A stretch of 64,000 bases of DNA from the NCBI GenBank assembly GCA_964016885.1, contig OZ024740.1, positions 106,516,001-106,580,000 of the forward strand, written 5' to 3'. The DNA comes from Eledone cirrhosa (taxonomy: Eukaryota). Numbering within the stretch: position 1 is the stretch's first letter; the number at the start of each line of letters is the position of its first letter. Below, piece after piece: positions 39,284 to 53,840 of this stretch. Below the pieces are notes generated by a model. That model saw nothing but the letters and a program-made list of their open reading frames with translations. It did not search any database and was not told the DNA's origin. The position numbers and the translations under genes were made by a program.

Positions 39284-40660
39284 GCAGGAAGAAAGAGACG
39301 ATTATTAGGAAGAAAAATATTTTATTTTCCTTTTTTGTTTCTCTCTCTCTTTTTTCTGGGTTAGAAAATGATTAAAACGAAATGTTTTACTTTGTGTGAA
39401 GTGTTAAGGTATTAGTTGATTTATTTATTATTTAACAATGGCATTTATTTATCTATTTATATATTTAATTATTGTCTAATACCGGTTTCAGCGTTTTTAT
39501 GCATTATCAAATGATAGTGAAATGTATTAGTGTGGTGTCGCACATGTTAAAGAGAAGGTGCAGAAAGAATAATGTTATTTACAAACAAGGTTTATGAAGT
39601 GAAAAGAAAAAAGAAAAAGGAAAAAAAAACGTGCATAATGTAGAGCATAAAAAGTCAATGTGGAAGAAAAAATAATTTACAAGCATAGTCAATGAAGTTA
39701 AGCAGATCAAAATGTGTTAATATAGCAAGAGTGCTTAGATGATCCATGATTCCATGATGGAGGCAAATGGTGGACTGAGGTTTGATATGATTTCCCTTTT
39801 TAGAGAGTTAATATGCAGGGGGAAGCAATTCTTGCTGGATGATATTTAATTAATTTCAGATAAAGGATTAGGTAGGGTGTGAAGGAGGTAACACTTGTAA
39901 ATGTTTGATTGTTTGTTGCAGTTTTAGATTGGTCTGATTTTTAGAGCATTAAGTAGGGGTTGGTACGTTGGATGAAAGTAGCGTTGTCTATGAATTTGTA
40001 AATGGATATTGTGAGCACAATTGGCGATGTGTTCATTAAATGCAATCTTTCTGTATTCCTGTATTTTAATTTGTGATTTATGGACGGTCATACGTTGACG
40101 GAGGCTGTTTTTTGTCTGTCCTATGTAGTGCTCTTGACAACCTGAACAGGTCAAAACATAGATTACGTTTTCAGATGCACATGTAAAGTTGTGTTTAATT
40201 TTGAAACGCTGTCCTTGTTTAAAATGGAATGTTGAACCTCCTATTACATTTATGCTATTGCCACAGTTGGGCCTTCCGCATTTTGTTACTGTAGGGTTCA
40301 TTGTGAGGGTTTGTTGGATTTTGGCTTGTGTGAGAATGTTTTTTATGAATTTAGGTTGTCTTTTGCTCTTTATGATGTTGTGTGTTTGGAGGATTTTGTT
40401 CATTCTTGGGTTTCTTTTTAGTAAAAGAATGTTCTGGAGGATGGTGTCGAATGCCTCATTGTTGAGGTGGTTGTGTGTGGAGATGTATGGTAGAGTTTTT
40501 TGTTGCGGTTCACTGCTGGGTTGGGGTGTTTGAGTTCCTGGATGTCTAGTTTTAGGGCACGTTGGAATCCATTGGTGATTAGGGATGGTGGGTAGTTTCT
40601 GCTGATAAGTGTGTTTTTCAATTCTTCTAGTCGTGTGTAGCATGTGTATTTATCTGAAAT
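39280..40660 (-). mobile_element. Neptune-type PLE 3' fragment (thumb and GIY-YIG)
   Basis: ORF 39924-40643: FTCASENVIYVLTCSGCQEHYIGQT..RQRMTVH; LISRNYP thumb motif; variant HHR at ~39476-39515. Confidence 0.9.
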
Positions 40661-40704
<44 letters not shown>

Positions 40705-40987
40705 TACATTGTAGGTTGCTTTACCCGTCTTTTATTATTCAAAAAACTTCTTGCCAATAAACATTAACCCTTTGCGCAACATTCATCTAACTGTAAACCA
40801 ACAAATACTAAAAAACGGAGCGTTGACAAGAACGATGGCGAATGAATGTTCGAGATAAGCAGTTTCCTCCCGAGCTGTTAGTTAACGCGGGATTCCCTGC
40901 TACACCTTTTCGTAATAATACCGAACAACGTACTGCTGGTCACTCCTTCCTCCAAAAGCCGTACAAAGCATCTCTCTCTCTCCCTCC

Positions 40988-41056
<69 letters not shown>

Positions 41057-41589
41057 ATAAGAACAGATTAAAGTTTAAGCAAAGAATCGCTGCTTTCAAC
41101 AATAACGGGATCTTCTGAAACTAAAAAATTTAATCTGTTAACGCAGAAGTAAATATTTCGAGAAACGTAGCAACCGAAGGAAAACAGGAAGACGATATTT
41201 TGGTTCGTGAAAACGTTCCCTGGCAATAAACGAAAAAAAAGCGAGCATAATATGTCGTTATATGGACTGAGAAGAACAATTTCATGCAAAGACAAGAGCA
41301 AGTTTATGGCATAAATGGAGTCGTTAAACTAATATTCTATTTAAAATAACCGAATGATTTCCAGTTCCGGAGTTTAAGAATGATGTAAATAAAATTGAAA
41401 ACGAAAATGACAGAGGTTATTAAAATATTAAAAGTAAATAGTGAAGATTTAGGCCAGTACATACGTATGCACCGACGGACATACACATACATATACATAC
41501 GCACACACAAATACATACACACACACAAAACACACACACACACACACAAATACACACGCACGCACGTGCGTGTGTGTGTAAGCCTTATG

Positions 41590-42005
41590 CATTTTTACAG
41601 TATTTTCACCAAACTTAAGACATAAGTTACTTATGTACTCCGGATGGTCATGGGCACTTTCATTTTTCCATATATAGATTATAGGGCCTCCCGGCAGATA
41701 ACCCCCTTCAGCCGCTTCCTTGGAGTCGACTGAAGCACTGCAGTGCAATGCAACAAAACGTCATAACTTCTGGAGTTCGCAACCGATTTTCACAAAACTT
41801 GACACATGGGCTACGTTTGTTCTACAGATGAATGTGAATTGGCACATATTGAGTAGGGGGACCCTGGGGGGGGGGCAGGAACCCCTTTTGGAAAAAGCCG
41901 ATGATTTTGTAAAAGTATAGTTTTCGAAGCAGCACTGAAGTATTGACATAAATGGTATACATAACTGCTACTTAATACCCGAGCAACGCCGGGTACCTCT
42001 GCTAG
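41590..42005 (+). mobile_element. Non-autonomous Helitron-like element (3' end clear)
   Basis: Hairpin tacccgagcaacgccgggta at ~41976-41995 followed by CTAG at 42002-42005 then T; 5' boundary uncertain. Confidence 0.6.
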
Positions 42006-42461
42006 TAATGTAAATAAAATTGTTGAGCGAAAATGACAAAGGTTATTAAAATCATAAAAGTAATAATATTTAAGATTACACGATTATACAAACATACACA
42101 CATCTATAATATGTACATACACTAAAACGCACGCCGTACGTACATATACATGCACATACACATAAACACGCACACACGTATGTAAACCAAGCAAGACACA
42201 TATGCCCGCACACATACGTGTGTATGTATACATATAATTATATATACATATACAAATATACACACATATATACATATAACACACACACATACCTACACGT
42301 AAATACACATATGTTCAACAAACGTACATATACCAAACCCTATGTACACATATACACAACTTTCATACGTGCAAATACACACAACACACTCATACAAACC
42401 CATATATACACATATACGTACATACATACATACATATATGTGTATATAAATATATACAAAC

Positions 42462-42552
<91 letters not shown>

Positions 42553-42554
<2 letters not shown>

Positions 42555-45255
42555 TAAAAGGTAAACAGAAATAACAACACAATCTGTACAGTATATGGAA
42601 GGTATATATTCGGTTAACGCTTGATATAGCAGGAAGAGGGTCTTAACGTTTCGGACGCTAGTCCTTCATCACAAGAAAGAAACAGAAATAAAATAGGTTA
42701 AGGGGACGGGCGGGATGGAATTGGAAAAAATGTCTTTAGATAAAAATAATAGGTCCATTCATGTTGACATCTCTTGCAAAACTGTTGGTGCTGGCGTTTT
42801 GTTTATTTTAGAAAAGTGGATGATGGCGCGCGTCTACCCGAAATGGAAAAAAAAACGTTTTGTAAAAAGACTTATACTTGATCACGTGTGTAAGCATGTG
42901 TGGGGGGGGGGGGGGGTTATTATAGGTCCGTACGAAGCTAAGAAGAAATGTGTGTGTATATGTGAGTAAAAGAGTGTGTGTGCATGTAAGTACGAAGATA
43001 TGAGCAAAAGTATGTTAATATAAGGATGTATATCGGCATCTATTAGTAGTAAGAGAAGCTGCTAATGATCAGGAGAAAGCGATAGGAATCTAGGGGTGTG
43101 ATAATGGACGGTGTATTAGAGAAGTTGGGGAGGTGAATTGAGTCCAAGAGGGGAATAGGACCCAAGACGATGAATCAGACTTTGTTCAGTCCTAGTGCGC
43201 GAGGCCTGTGATCCTTGATGTAAAAGGACACCCAGGACTGAAATATGTAGGGAAGAATGACCAGTAGAACAGAAATGACGGGCGACAGGAGTATCCAAAC
43301 CGAGTCGTATGTCCTTCAAATGTTCGGCAAAACGGTCCGCCATACGGCGTCCCGTTTTTCCGATATATAAAGACCCGCAAATGGAACAACCGCGGGCATA
43401 GACAACGTGGGTGGATGTGCAGGTGAAGGAATGGCGGATACGGAAAGACCCGTTAGGGCTTGTAAGAGTGGTAAGGGTGGAAATAAAGAGACAAGTGTTG
43501 CAACGGGAACGGCAACAAGGATGAGAGCCGGGTGGAGTCGTGGGAGAGGACGAAAAAGAACTGCGAACCAGGAGGTCGCGGAGGTTTCAGGCGCGCTTAA
43601 AAGCAGTAATGGGTGCTTTTGGAAAAAAGCGAGAAGTGACGGGGTCAGAAGAGAGGATACGGAAGGAACGGAGGATATGTCGCCGGAGTGGTAGGGTGAT
43701 GGGGTGGTAGGTGAGAGGGAAAGGAACATGGGTGTTGGGAGGGCGGGGTGAGAGGGCTGTGGTGTGGTCTGTTTCACGGGCGCGGGTGAGAGCAGCTTGG
43801 ATCATGGTGGGGGATAAGCAGGAAGCCATGCGAAGGGAATGGGTTTCGAAATCGTCGTCGTGGCTACAGTGCCGACGAAGACGGAGGAATTGGGAATAGG
43901 CTATGGAGTGGTTGGTGTGAGTTGGATGGGAGGAGGTGAAGTCGAGATAAGATTGGGATTCTGTTGGTTTAATGTAGATGGAAGTAGAGAGGGTGTGGTG
44001 AGAGTGATTAATAGATAGAGAGATATCTAGAAAAGCGACAGAAGAATCAGAGACGGAGGCGATGAAATTGAGAGCAGGATGGAAAGATTGGACAAAAGAA
44101 AGAAAACAGTCGAGCTGTTCTCGTGATAGAGAGGTGGCGCCGATACAGTCGTCGATATAACGACCATATAACTCAGGAGTCGGTCCAGCGTACTGGGAGA
44201 AGATCTGGGCTTCGACGTAGCCAACAAACAGTTGGCATAGTTTGGACCCATTGTGGTTCCCATCGCTACCCCAGAGACCTGCTGGTAAAATACACCCGGA
44301 AAAGAAAATCCATTAAGGGTGAGAACAAGCTCAGCCAGACGGAGAGAAGAGTGGTAGTGCTGGGGTAAGGAGTAGGGGGTAAATCTAAAAATGGCTGGAG
44401 AGCACGGAGGCCGTCATCATGAGGGATGACGGTATAGAGAGAGGTGAGGTCCAGGGTAAAGAGAAGGCGGGAGGGACCAGGAGGGGAGGAGAAAGAGTTG
44501 AAAAGTCTAAGGGCATGATTTGTATCGTGGATGAAAAAATGACCAACGGGGCGAGGATGGTGTCTAAATATTCAGAAATTATCTCGCCGAGCCAGTTGCA
44601 CGCAGAAACGATAGGACGGCCGGGATTATTTTGTTTGTGTATTTTGGGGAGGAAATAGATGGTGGGTGTGCGAGGGGTGCGTACAATAAGGTTGGTGGTT
44701 GTGGGCGGTAAGCGAGAGGGGGAGATGAGCTCGTGGATGGTGGAGGACACGAGTTGTTGGTAGCCAGGCGTGGGACCGGAGGATAAAGGGCGGTAAAAAA
44801 GGTATTGTGAAGCTGGCGGAGAGCCTCAGCCCTATAGAGGTCAGCGCTCCAAACCACCACAGCGCCACCTTTGTCAGCGGGTTTGATGACAATGTCATCG
44901 CGACGCCGAAGGTTGGGAAAAGCGGAGAGCTCAGTTCGCGTGATGCTAGAGCGACGAGAATACTGGTGGAAACGGAACTGATTCACAGTACGCCGGCAGG
45001 TATCGACAAAGGAGTCGAGGGTGCTGAACTGGCCAGAGCTCGGCGTCCAATGTGATTGCCGGCGACTGAGACGAGTGAAGTCATCCGTCTGTGTTGATGA
45101 TGGCTTGTCGTGAAAAAAAGCTTTCAGCTTTAAACGACGGAAGAACGCTTCAATCTCGTCGCAGGTAGATGTGGTTGGTATAAAACGCAAACCACGGGCA
45201 AGGAGGGAGCGCTCAGCTTCGGAGAGTGGTAGGTCCTGGGGTTGTATGGGAATGT
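42553..45255 (-). pseudogene. Neptune-type PLE (RT and GIY-YIG), frameshifted
   Basis: LARGLRFIPT, IVIKPADKGGAVVV, YFLPKIHK..PGRPIVS, MGTTMGPNYAN, RFAEH..PVARHF..GLN; HHR-like motif at 42641-42676 (core GTGATGA). Confidence 0.92.
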
Positions 45256-45316
45256 GTATATATATATATATATATATATACATTCCTATATATCCGCACA
45301 CATACACCCACGCGCG

Positions 45317-45367
<51 letters not shown>

Positions 45368-45589
45368 AGAGAGAGACATATATATACATATATACACATA
45401 TATATACACATAAATATACATAAATACATATATACACACATACACATATACGCATACGCACAAACACGAAATACACATGTATGCATAACCATATACACAC
45501 ATACCAACATATATAATATATACCTATAACATATACAAGCAGATATACGTACGATAAAGTAAAATATACTTAGCTACCACATCAAGACG

Positions 45590-46585
45590 TAAATTATCCG
45601 CATATCGTTCGTACTATCCGTTAGGGTATACTGTGGGGCTGTAATACAGGAAAGTTTTATGCAATTTGTGTTTACAAGCCGAAATTGCCTCAGATTTTTT
45701 ATTTAAGATGTGATCATTGGCGTAGAGTATTTCCAGGGCTTCAGAGGCGCAAAGATCGCATGGTCTTTTGTTTCCGTTATACGCTCTAGCTTTAGCTAGG
45801 ATCTCCCAGTGTAACCTATATTGCGTGTGGTTGTCTTTTAGACTCCAGATATAAGCTGAAAGTGACGTCATGTTCCTTCTTAAAGGGTTAAGAAAAAAAT
45901 AGGTGTAAATGTTAAGACGCTGCTTGAATCTACTAGTGGTTAACCCTATGTAGGCCCTACTAGATGTGGGTGTGTCGACCTTACATTTGTAGACTATATT
46001 ACTAGAGAGGCATTCTTCCCGATTCCTACAATTACAGTTAGCACTAGCTACAGGGTTGCGAGTGTTTCTATGGCTAGGTAATTTGGCTAAATTTGATGCA
46101 GTGATATTATGTGCAAAGTTAGGAGACGTGGAATAAGATATTATATCGGTATTTCTATTAAAAAGTTTATTATATATGTGAGGGGAAATGCTTTTTAATT
46201 AGGGAGAGAAAGGTTTTAGCTAATGGTGTGGCCACCTCCATATTATATGGTGGGTTATACCATATAATGCGTCGGGATCTATTTTTCCTAGGTTGGTTTA
46301 TGCTCATACTTAGTATATACTACCTCATCGACAAATCCACTCGGAGCAAGAGCTTCATTGTAATATGTGGAATGATCGGTGAAAGTATACTCGTTTGTAG
46401 ATAGACGAGAAAGCCTCAATAAAACGTTTCTTACCGGGTTCTTGGTTATGCTGGCAGGATGGGTAGAATGCTTACTGATGTAATTAAGCATATCATTCAG
46501 CGTTCTATAAGGGTAGTGCAAGCCATTCAAAAAGTTGAGGGTAACATTGAGGTAGTTTACAACAGAAAGGTTGGCCTCAACTTGT
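45590..46585 (-). pseudogene. Nematis-type PLE relic (thumb and endonuclease)
   Basis: YISKHSTHPASI, TSLSAYIWSLK..WEIL..CDLCASE..SACKH. Confidence 0.8.
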
Positions 46586-46800
46586 AGAATATTAAATGTT
46601 AAGTGTTAATTGAACACAATATGAACCTGAAGTTTGTGAAAGCATGAAATTACTTGTTCAATTAACACTTAACATTTAATATTCTACCATACTATTTCAT
46701 TCTAATACCATTATAAATCTTAAAGGATTGTAAATAAAACGAGTAAATCAGACAAAGTTATTAATATAATCTTCTATACACAATCATACACACCCGTGTA
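46584..46800 (+). mobile_element. Second copy of the 743-1130 fold-back pLTR; HHR degenerate
   Basis: Sequence identity; core reads CTGAAGT at 46627. Confidence 0.75.
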
Positions 46801-46815
46801 TATTTATCTATATCT

Positions 46816-46846
<31 letters not shown>

Positions 46847-47282
46847 TATATATATATGCTTGTTTTATAGGTTTGTATGATACACTAAATGCGCACATTT
46901 CTAAATCTTTATCTGTGCAAGTTTTCTCTCCTCCCTTAATATTCTAAACATCTCTAACTACCACTCATCAGCCTGTTCCCACCTCTTTCACTGTTTGTCT
47001 TTCCTTTCGAGTTCGCTTTTATATTATTTTGTATTGAAGAATTTAAGCTCATTGCGTTCTGAATTCAAATCACGCTATGATCTACTTTCAGCATCTTTTA
47101 CAGTCTCATATTCTATAATCTCATACTGTTATTCTGAAGAATAACCTTAATAATAGGTTCAGAGTCATTTGGAATAAAAGTTTCTATGACTTCTTTTGCA
47201 GCTGGTATATTTATATCGTCTTCTATTGTTTGAAGCAGCCTTTTTATTGTGTTAAAATAACATTCATTTCTTCTTTACATAT

Positions 47283-47661
47283 AAGATAATGGTTTACTGA
47301 TTTAGGCAGAAGGCCGAACTTTTTTGGGGGGTGTGGTGGGGAAGTCGATCAAATCGACCTCTACGTCACTGGTACCACTTAAGATAATGGTTTCTGATTT
47401 AGGCAGAAGGCCGAACTTTTTGGGGGGTGTGGTGGGGAAGTCGATCAAATCGACCTCTACGTCACTGGTACCATTTAAGATAATGGTTTCTGATTTAGGC
47501 AGAAGGCCGAACTTTTTGGGGGGTGTGGTGGGGAAGTCGATCAAATCGACCTCTACGTCACTGGTACCATTTAAGATAATGGTTTCTGATTTAGGCACAA
47601 GGCCAACAATTTTAGGAGGTGAGAAATTCGATCAAATCGACCCCAGCGCGTTACTGGTACT
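47283..47661 (-). repeat. ~93-bp tandem repeat (three copies plus a diverged fourth) derived from a SINE 3' tail
   Basis: Unit taagataatggtttctgatttaggcagaaggcc...cactggtaccatt; resembles the SINE tail at ~30925-31000. Confidence 0.85.
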
Positions 47662-47707
47662 TTGCATATAAGATGACAGAAGAAAAGATATATTTATATA
47701 TATATAT

Positions 47708-48406
47708 ATATGAATAAAGTGGTCCTTCATCAGTGATCTTCCAACCATCATCGGTATTTCTTCGCTTTAAAGACCATATACCTCCGGTTGGTGCGAGCAA
47801 CGGCTAAAGAAAGTCGTTGGGACATGTAAATAAAGGGAACAGCGAGAGTGTAAACAAACAAAGATGGTGAAGCAACGAAAAGTGAGGAAGAGCGAGTCAA
47901 GTCCAAACATTTCCATGAATATAAGTTTGGTGAAATCGTGAACGAGAGAGAATAAAGACCATCAAACCTGGTTGAAATGTGAGCAAGGAAGGAATTTCGC
48001 ACAGGTCTAACGGGAGGAAGAAGGGGTCTAGTCTATCAATTCGGTAAACATAAGTTCTGTGAAATCGTAGACGAGAGAGAGAAAAAATGCCGACCGGCTT
48101 GGCCAAGCGTGCGAAAGAAAAGAATTACGCACAGGTCAAACGGGAAGAAGGAGGAGGAGGAGGGGGAGGAGAGGAAGTAACAGAGAGTGAGTGAGTGAAG
48201 GGTGAGGAAGAGGCTAACAGAAAGAGTGACTGTTAGAGAAGGTAAAGATACAGAGAAAGAGGAAGCAGTAAGAACGAAATAGACGGGTCACAGCGGGAGA
48301 AAAAAATATGTGTAAATATGAGAATAAACGTGCTGCGGAGTTGCAAATGGGTTACATATGAATAAAGTGGTCCTTCATCAGTGATCTTCCAACCATCATC
48401 GGTATT

Positions 48407-48407
<1 letters not shown>
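47708..48407 (-). mobile_element. Element bounded by ~50-bp direct repeats (period 648) in (AT)n; PLE pLTR-like
   Basis: tgaataaagtggtccttcatcagtgatcttccaaccatcatcggtattt at 47711 and 48359; internal ~130-bp duplication. Confidence 0.65.
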
Positions 48408-48458
<51 letters not shown>

Positions 48459-49892
48459 AAAGTTTTATTTAAGATTGTTGGGTTACAACGAGTAAATATT
48501 TTATAACTGATATAAAAGCACTCAACAGTTTCTGGAGTAGGTTTACGATATTAAACAAATGGAAACTATATTTATATTTATAAAACCATATTTATTTCGT
48601 TATATATATTTCTGGGATGTCATATTAAAAATATGTTATGCCTTCCTCAGACAAAATACAATACATAAGCTGTTTTATAAATAATTAGTGACATACCTTG
48701 TGATAATGCAACTTCCTTTTAAAAAGTTGATTTGGTAGTGAAACTGTTATGATAGTTATATAGAAAGAAAACGAAGATGAGAAGAAGATGAAGAGATGTA
48801 TGCAAATAAAAAAAGAAGAAGATGAAGAGATGTATGCAAATAAAAAAAGAAGAAGATGAAGAGATGTATGCAAAGAAAAACAACGGAGCGAGACAGAGAG
48901 ACAAGGAGAGAGAGAAATATATTGATGGTGAAAAAACATAGTAGGCTGCTTTTTGACAGATGATCATCGTATATGTGAGAGGTTAAGGGGAGGGATACAG
49001 TTAAATTAGTGTATAGGAGAAAAAGAAAGAAAGATGATATATTTAAAATATATTAAAAATATGTTATGTCTCATCCATTTGAATTATCAATTTTTATGAA
49101 TTAGGTATTATAATGTAAATATCAGTATTCATGAATGAGACACATATCCATAATGTGTGAAAAAATGACCACATGCTCAGTTAAAAATTCTTAGGTCTAT
49201 AAGCAAAATCTGAGATAAAACTTCAAACATAAGTATATATGCATTCTCGTGAAAAAAGAGAAAAGAGAAGGTTATCTCAAATTCAAGTTGATAAATATAG
49301 ACGCACATGTGAACCTACGTGATACGCTGCACTGATTCTTATATTTCATGAAAAACTTCAATGCGTTAGAAAAGATTCCACCCTACATACATTTACATAC
49401 ATATATACATATATATAGACACAAAACATATAAGATATACATTAACATCTAAAATAACATTCCAGCCTCACTTGCATGATCATCGATCAAGCATAGAGTA
49501 GACAACAGATATCAATATTAAAATTAAAAACGCCAAGAATATCTTCGTCACTCCACAGAGTATCTAGGGACGCAAGAGAACATAGTATGCCACGCATATC
49601 GGTCATAGAATCAGAGTCAAAAGCAAACAAAACCAAAATTGTTCATCAAGCCTTATTTAGCAGAAATCATTCAAAACTTATTCTACAAATGCTCTTATAT
49701 TTATTATAGAAGTTTATCCAGCTTAAAAATTTATTCAAAAGATTGGGGACAACGCCAATTATAGGGTAGTTTATTTAATCTCATTAATTATATATTCATG
49801 CAGAAAGGTTTTTAAAATTTAAGGAATCGAAAGATTTATCGCCAAGTATCACAAATAGTTAAATACCTTAAGTAAATATACTACATTTTATA

Positions 49893-51903
49893 TTACATTT
49901 TAAATTTATATTTATATTTAAATGTTGAGTTCAATCTATGTCTGCAACAGCTGAATAAATTGGTTCGTAAATTAAGGGAATTTTTAGATTTTAATATAAA
50001 GAATATCTCCTCCGCGCAGAGGTCACAAGTCTCAGAAGAGGAATTAAAAGGAATCCCTTTTGAGACTATATTCCAAACCATCGAATATCCAACTTTATCA
50101 TGCTTAAGTTGCCAGAGTAACCCTGACAGCGATGTTGAGGATTTTTTATTTGGATCCGTGAAAGAATTTTTGTGATTATTATAGCGAAGTTTAAATTCTG
50201 TCGAGGTGGAACCAACATAATTAAAAGAATTTAAATCAGTTTTAACATTACAGTTGTATATTATATTTTTAACTAAGCAATTGTTATTTAGCGGACATTT
50301 AGATCTATCTCTACAGTTACAGTTTTTTAGTTGAATATTGTTTAGGCTATTTTCGGTATTTTGGCTAGGTTTTAGATTCCTATTATTTATTCTATTAATA
50401 TTTTGTGCTAAATTTTTGGTGGACGAGTACGTTAATTTTATAGTATGTCTATTAAAAATTGAGTGATACTTATGTGTTCTAGGGAAGCGTTTGTCAAGAG
50501 CATTAAAAAATAGTTTAGCGATGTGGGTTTTAATGTTTAGTGAGAAAGGGGGGGGGGGCAAACCATATTATATTTCTAGTTCTATTTCTTTTCTGGTTTT
50601 TGAAATTATTGTAGTGCTTTCTATTATAGTTGTTAAAGTTGTTACTGTAATTAAAATTGTTGTTATTTTGGTTAGTTTGTCTATTATCGATGTACATAAT
50701 TTTATCACTATATCCTGCTCTAGCTAAAGCTTCATTATAATACTGGGCTTTTTCGTCAAAAATATTTTTATTGGAAGAGATTCTAGAGATACATTTTTGA
50801 ACAGAGTTCACTATAGTATTTTTGACAGATCTGGGGTGATTGGAGCTAAAATTGACATAATTCAAGTTTTCATTTAACTTGTGAAATGGATAGTGAAGAC
50901 ATGTGTTGAGATTAAATGTTACGTCTAGGAAATTGACTATTCTATGGTTATTCTCAATTTCTATTTTTAGATTAAGGTAATTAAAAAATTGTATAATTTG
51001 TTTTCTTTTCTTATTTAGTTCAGAGTTATTATTTTCAATAAGTAAAAGCATGTCATCTCTATATAAACCTCCGGTAACACCGGGTATTTTCCTATGCAGC
51101 GAATTAATTATAAATAGGCCCACAAGGTCCGTTACCTGAGCTGAGTCTGATGATCCCATAGTAATGTCAAAATTATTATCTCTATCTGCCCTAGTCCATA
51201 GTTGGTTATTAAATTCTATCAAAGTTTTCCTTGCCGATAATATAATGTGCATTTCATTGCTAGTTAGGTCTGTATGCTTGAATGCGTAATTTAGTGCCTT
51301 ATTAAGTAGATTAGGGGTAATGGATGAATAGTAGTTAGCAATATCTAGTTGAATAAATTTATTATTATTGTTATATTTAATTTCATTAAACCACTCAATG
51401 ACCTCCCCAGTTCCCTTCCACAAGGTCAAGCCAGGTAAACAATTCAAGTCCTTAATTTGCTGTATCTCTCTGTCTAGAATGTTCTTGCTAAGTTTACCCA
51501 GGTCAGATTTTGATGGTGCAATCAATCTGACTGGCAAGTCATTTTCAAAATTTCTCTTGTGATCTTTCATATTGATCTTGGGTTTCCTAGGCACGAAAGG
51601 TTGTGTTTTGTTCTCAATTTCCAACTCATGCATTATACATGATGCCTCAACATTCATTTTCTCAAGTTCAGCCTTATCTGCTACCTTGTACTTTTTCCTT
51701 AGTTCTTTCAGTATGAGGCCATTATACATGTCTTTTTCCACTCCATAGAGGTTGTTGGTTTTGTCCGATTTCACCAAGATCTTCTCTGTTCTCTCTAAGC
51801 TCGCAATATTATCCTTAATGCTTTTCAGATATTCCTGGCCATTGAAGTTTCTCTTGAATCTGACTCCTTGTATGATAGAAATTATATCGTTCATATTTAT
51901 CAA
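49893..51903 (-). CDS. PLE RT and GIY-YIG endonuclease, 5'-truncated, one frameshift at poly-G 50548-50558
   Basis: SDKTNN, KDHK, DIANYYSSIT, TMGSSDSAQVTDLVGL, LYRDD, NFLDV, SSNHP; then CNC..CPL..C, YVGST..FKLRYNNH, CDLCAEE, CCRH. Confidence 0.88.
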
Positions 51904-52506
51904 CTTGAATTTGAGATAACCTTCTCTTTTCTTTTTTCACGAGAATGCATATATACTTATGTTTGAAGTTTTATCTCAGATTTTGCTTATAGACCTAAGA
52001 ATTTTTAACTGAGCATGTGGTCATTTTTTTTTTTTTCACACATTATGGATATGTGTCTCATTCATGAATACTGATATTTACATTATAATACCTAATTCAT
52101 AAAAATTGATAATTCAAATGGATGAGACATAACATATTTTTAATATATTTTAAATATATCATCTTTCTTTCTTTTTCTCCTATACACTAATTTAACTGTA
52201 TCCCTTCCCTTAACCTCTCACATATACGATGATCATCTGTCAAAAAGCAGCCTACTATGTTTTTTCACCATCAATGTATTTCTCTCTCTCCTTGTCTCTC
52301 TGTCTCGCTCCGTTGTTTTTCTTTGCATACATCTCTTCATCTTCTTCTTTTTTTATTTGCATACATCTCTTCATCTTCTTCTTCTCATCTTCGTTTTCTT
52401 TCTATATAACTATCATAACAGTTTCACTACCAAATCAACTTTCTAAAAGGAAGTTGCATTATCACAAGGTATGTCACTAATTATTTATAAAACAGCTTAT
52501 GTATTG

Positions 52507-52572
52507 TATTTTGTCTGAGGAAGGCATAACATATTTTTAATATGATATCCCAGAAATATATATAACGAAATA
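52507..52572 (+). ncRNA. Type-I hammerhead ribozyme; mirror copy at 48593-48658 (-)
   Basis: TATTTTGT-CTGAGGA-[helix II with CATATT/AATATG]-GAAA-TATATA-TA-ACGAAATA. Confidence 0.72.
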
Positions 52573-52618
52573 AATATGGTTTTATAAATATAAATATAGT
52601 TTCCATTTGTTTAATATC

Positions 52619-53143
<525 letters not shown>

Positions 53144-53240
53144 TTCGGGCTGTTTGTTTGTAAACAAACAAACAGCCCGAATTACGCCGTACAGCGTTTA
53201 GGAAACCACGTCACCTTTTTGTTCAACACTGACACAGGAA

Positions 53241-53281
53241 CGATGTTCTAGTTTCAAGCTTGTTAGCTATCGTCAGCATCG
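53241..53281 (-). ncRNA. Degenerate minimal hammerhead
   Basis: CGATG-CTGACGA-T-AGC taacaa GCT-T-GAAA-CTAG-AA-CATCG; U16.1 replaced by A. Confidence 0.5.
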
Positions 53282-53840
53282 TATACCTTCATGCCAGATG
53301 GTTGAACGTCTGAAAGTATATATTTTCCTTATGCATATTAACGGCTGAGCAGCCTAATTTGCATATCGAGTGAGTTCAGTCGGCCGGGCACACCGAAAAC
53401 GATAAATGGAATAGAATGAAACGAAATTTCATTTCTCACTCTTAGTACGGCACTTACTTAAATTCCTGGATGATATATATATATATATATATCATCCGGG
53501 AACAGTTTTGTATGACGTCAGTTTGTGATTTGAACTCGGGAATTTTATATTCTCCGAGCGAGAAGAGCCTTCTGAAGAGAGTCCCCTTCTCAATGGAAAT
53601 CCGCTTGGATTATTTGTTTATTTGGGGATTTGAAACCGCGCGGTAAAGGCACATATAGTAAGTACAGCGAACTTTTTAAAATTTATTTTAAAACTTTTTC
53701 TCTATTTGCTAGACCTTGATTTTATATGTTCTTATTAACCCGCCATAGAACCACGTTGGCATACGGTTGGATAATACTTGTATCCCTATATGTATTTTTT
53801 ACACGTAGGAACACATACTTTATTATTATTATATATATAT

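Noticed and set aside
47283-47661. CRISPR-like array
   Set aside because: Whole units repeat with no unique spacers; eukaryotic SINE-derived; no cas genes
48685-52480. Duplicated hydrophobic ORFs MIICQKAAYYVF
   Set aside because: By-products of the inverted pLTR with low-complexity purine tracts
53565-53615. HHR at CTGAAGA-GAG..CTC..GAAATCC
   Set aside because: No helix I pairing and extra bases before GAAA
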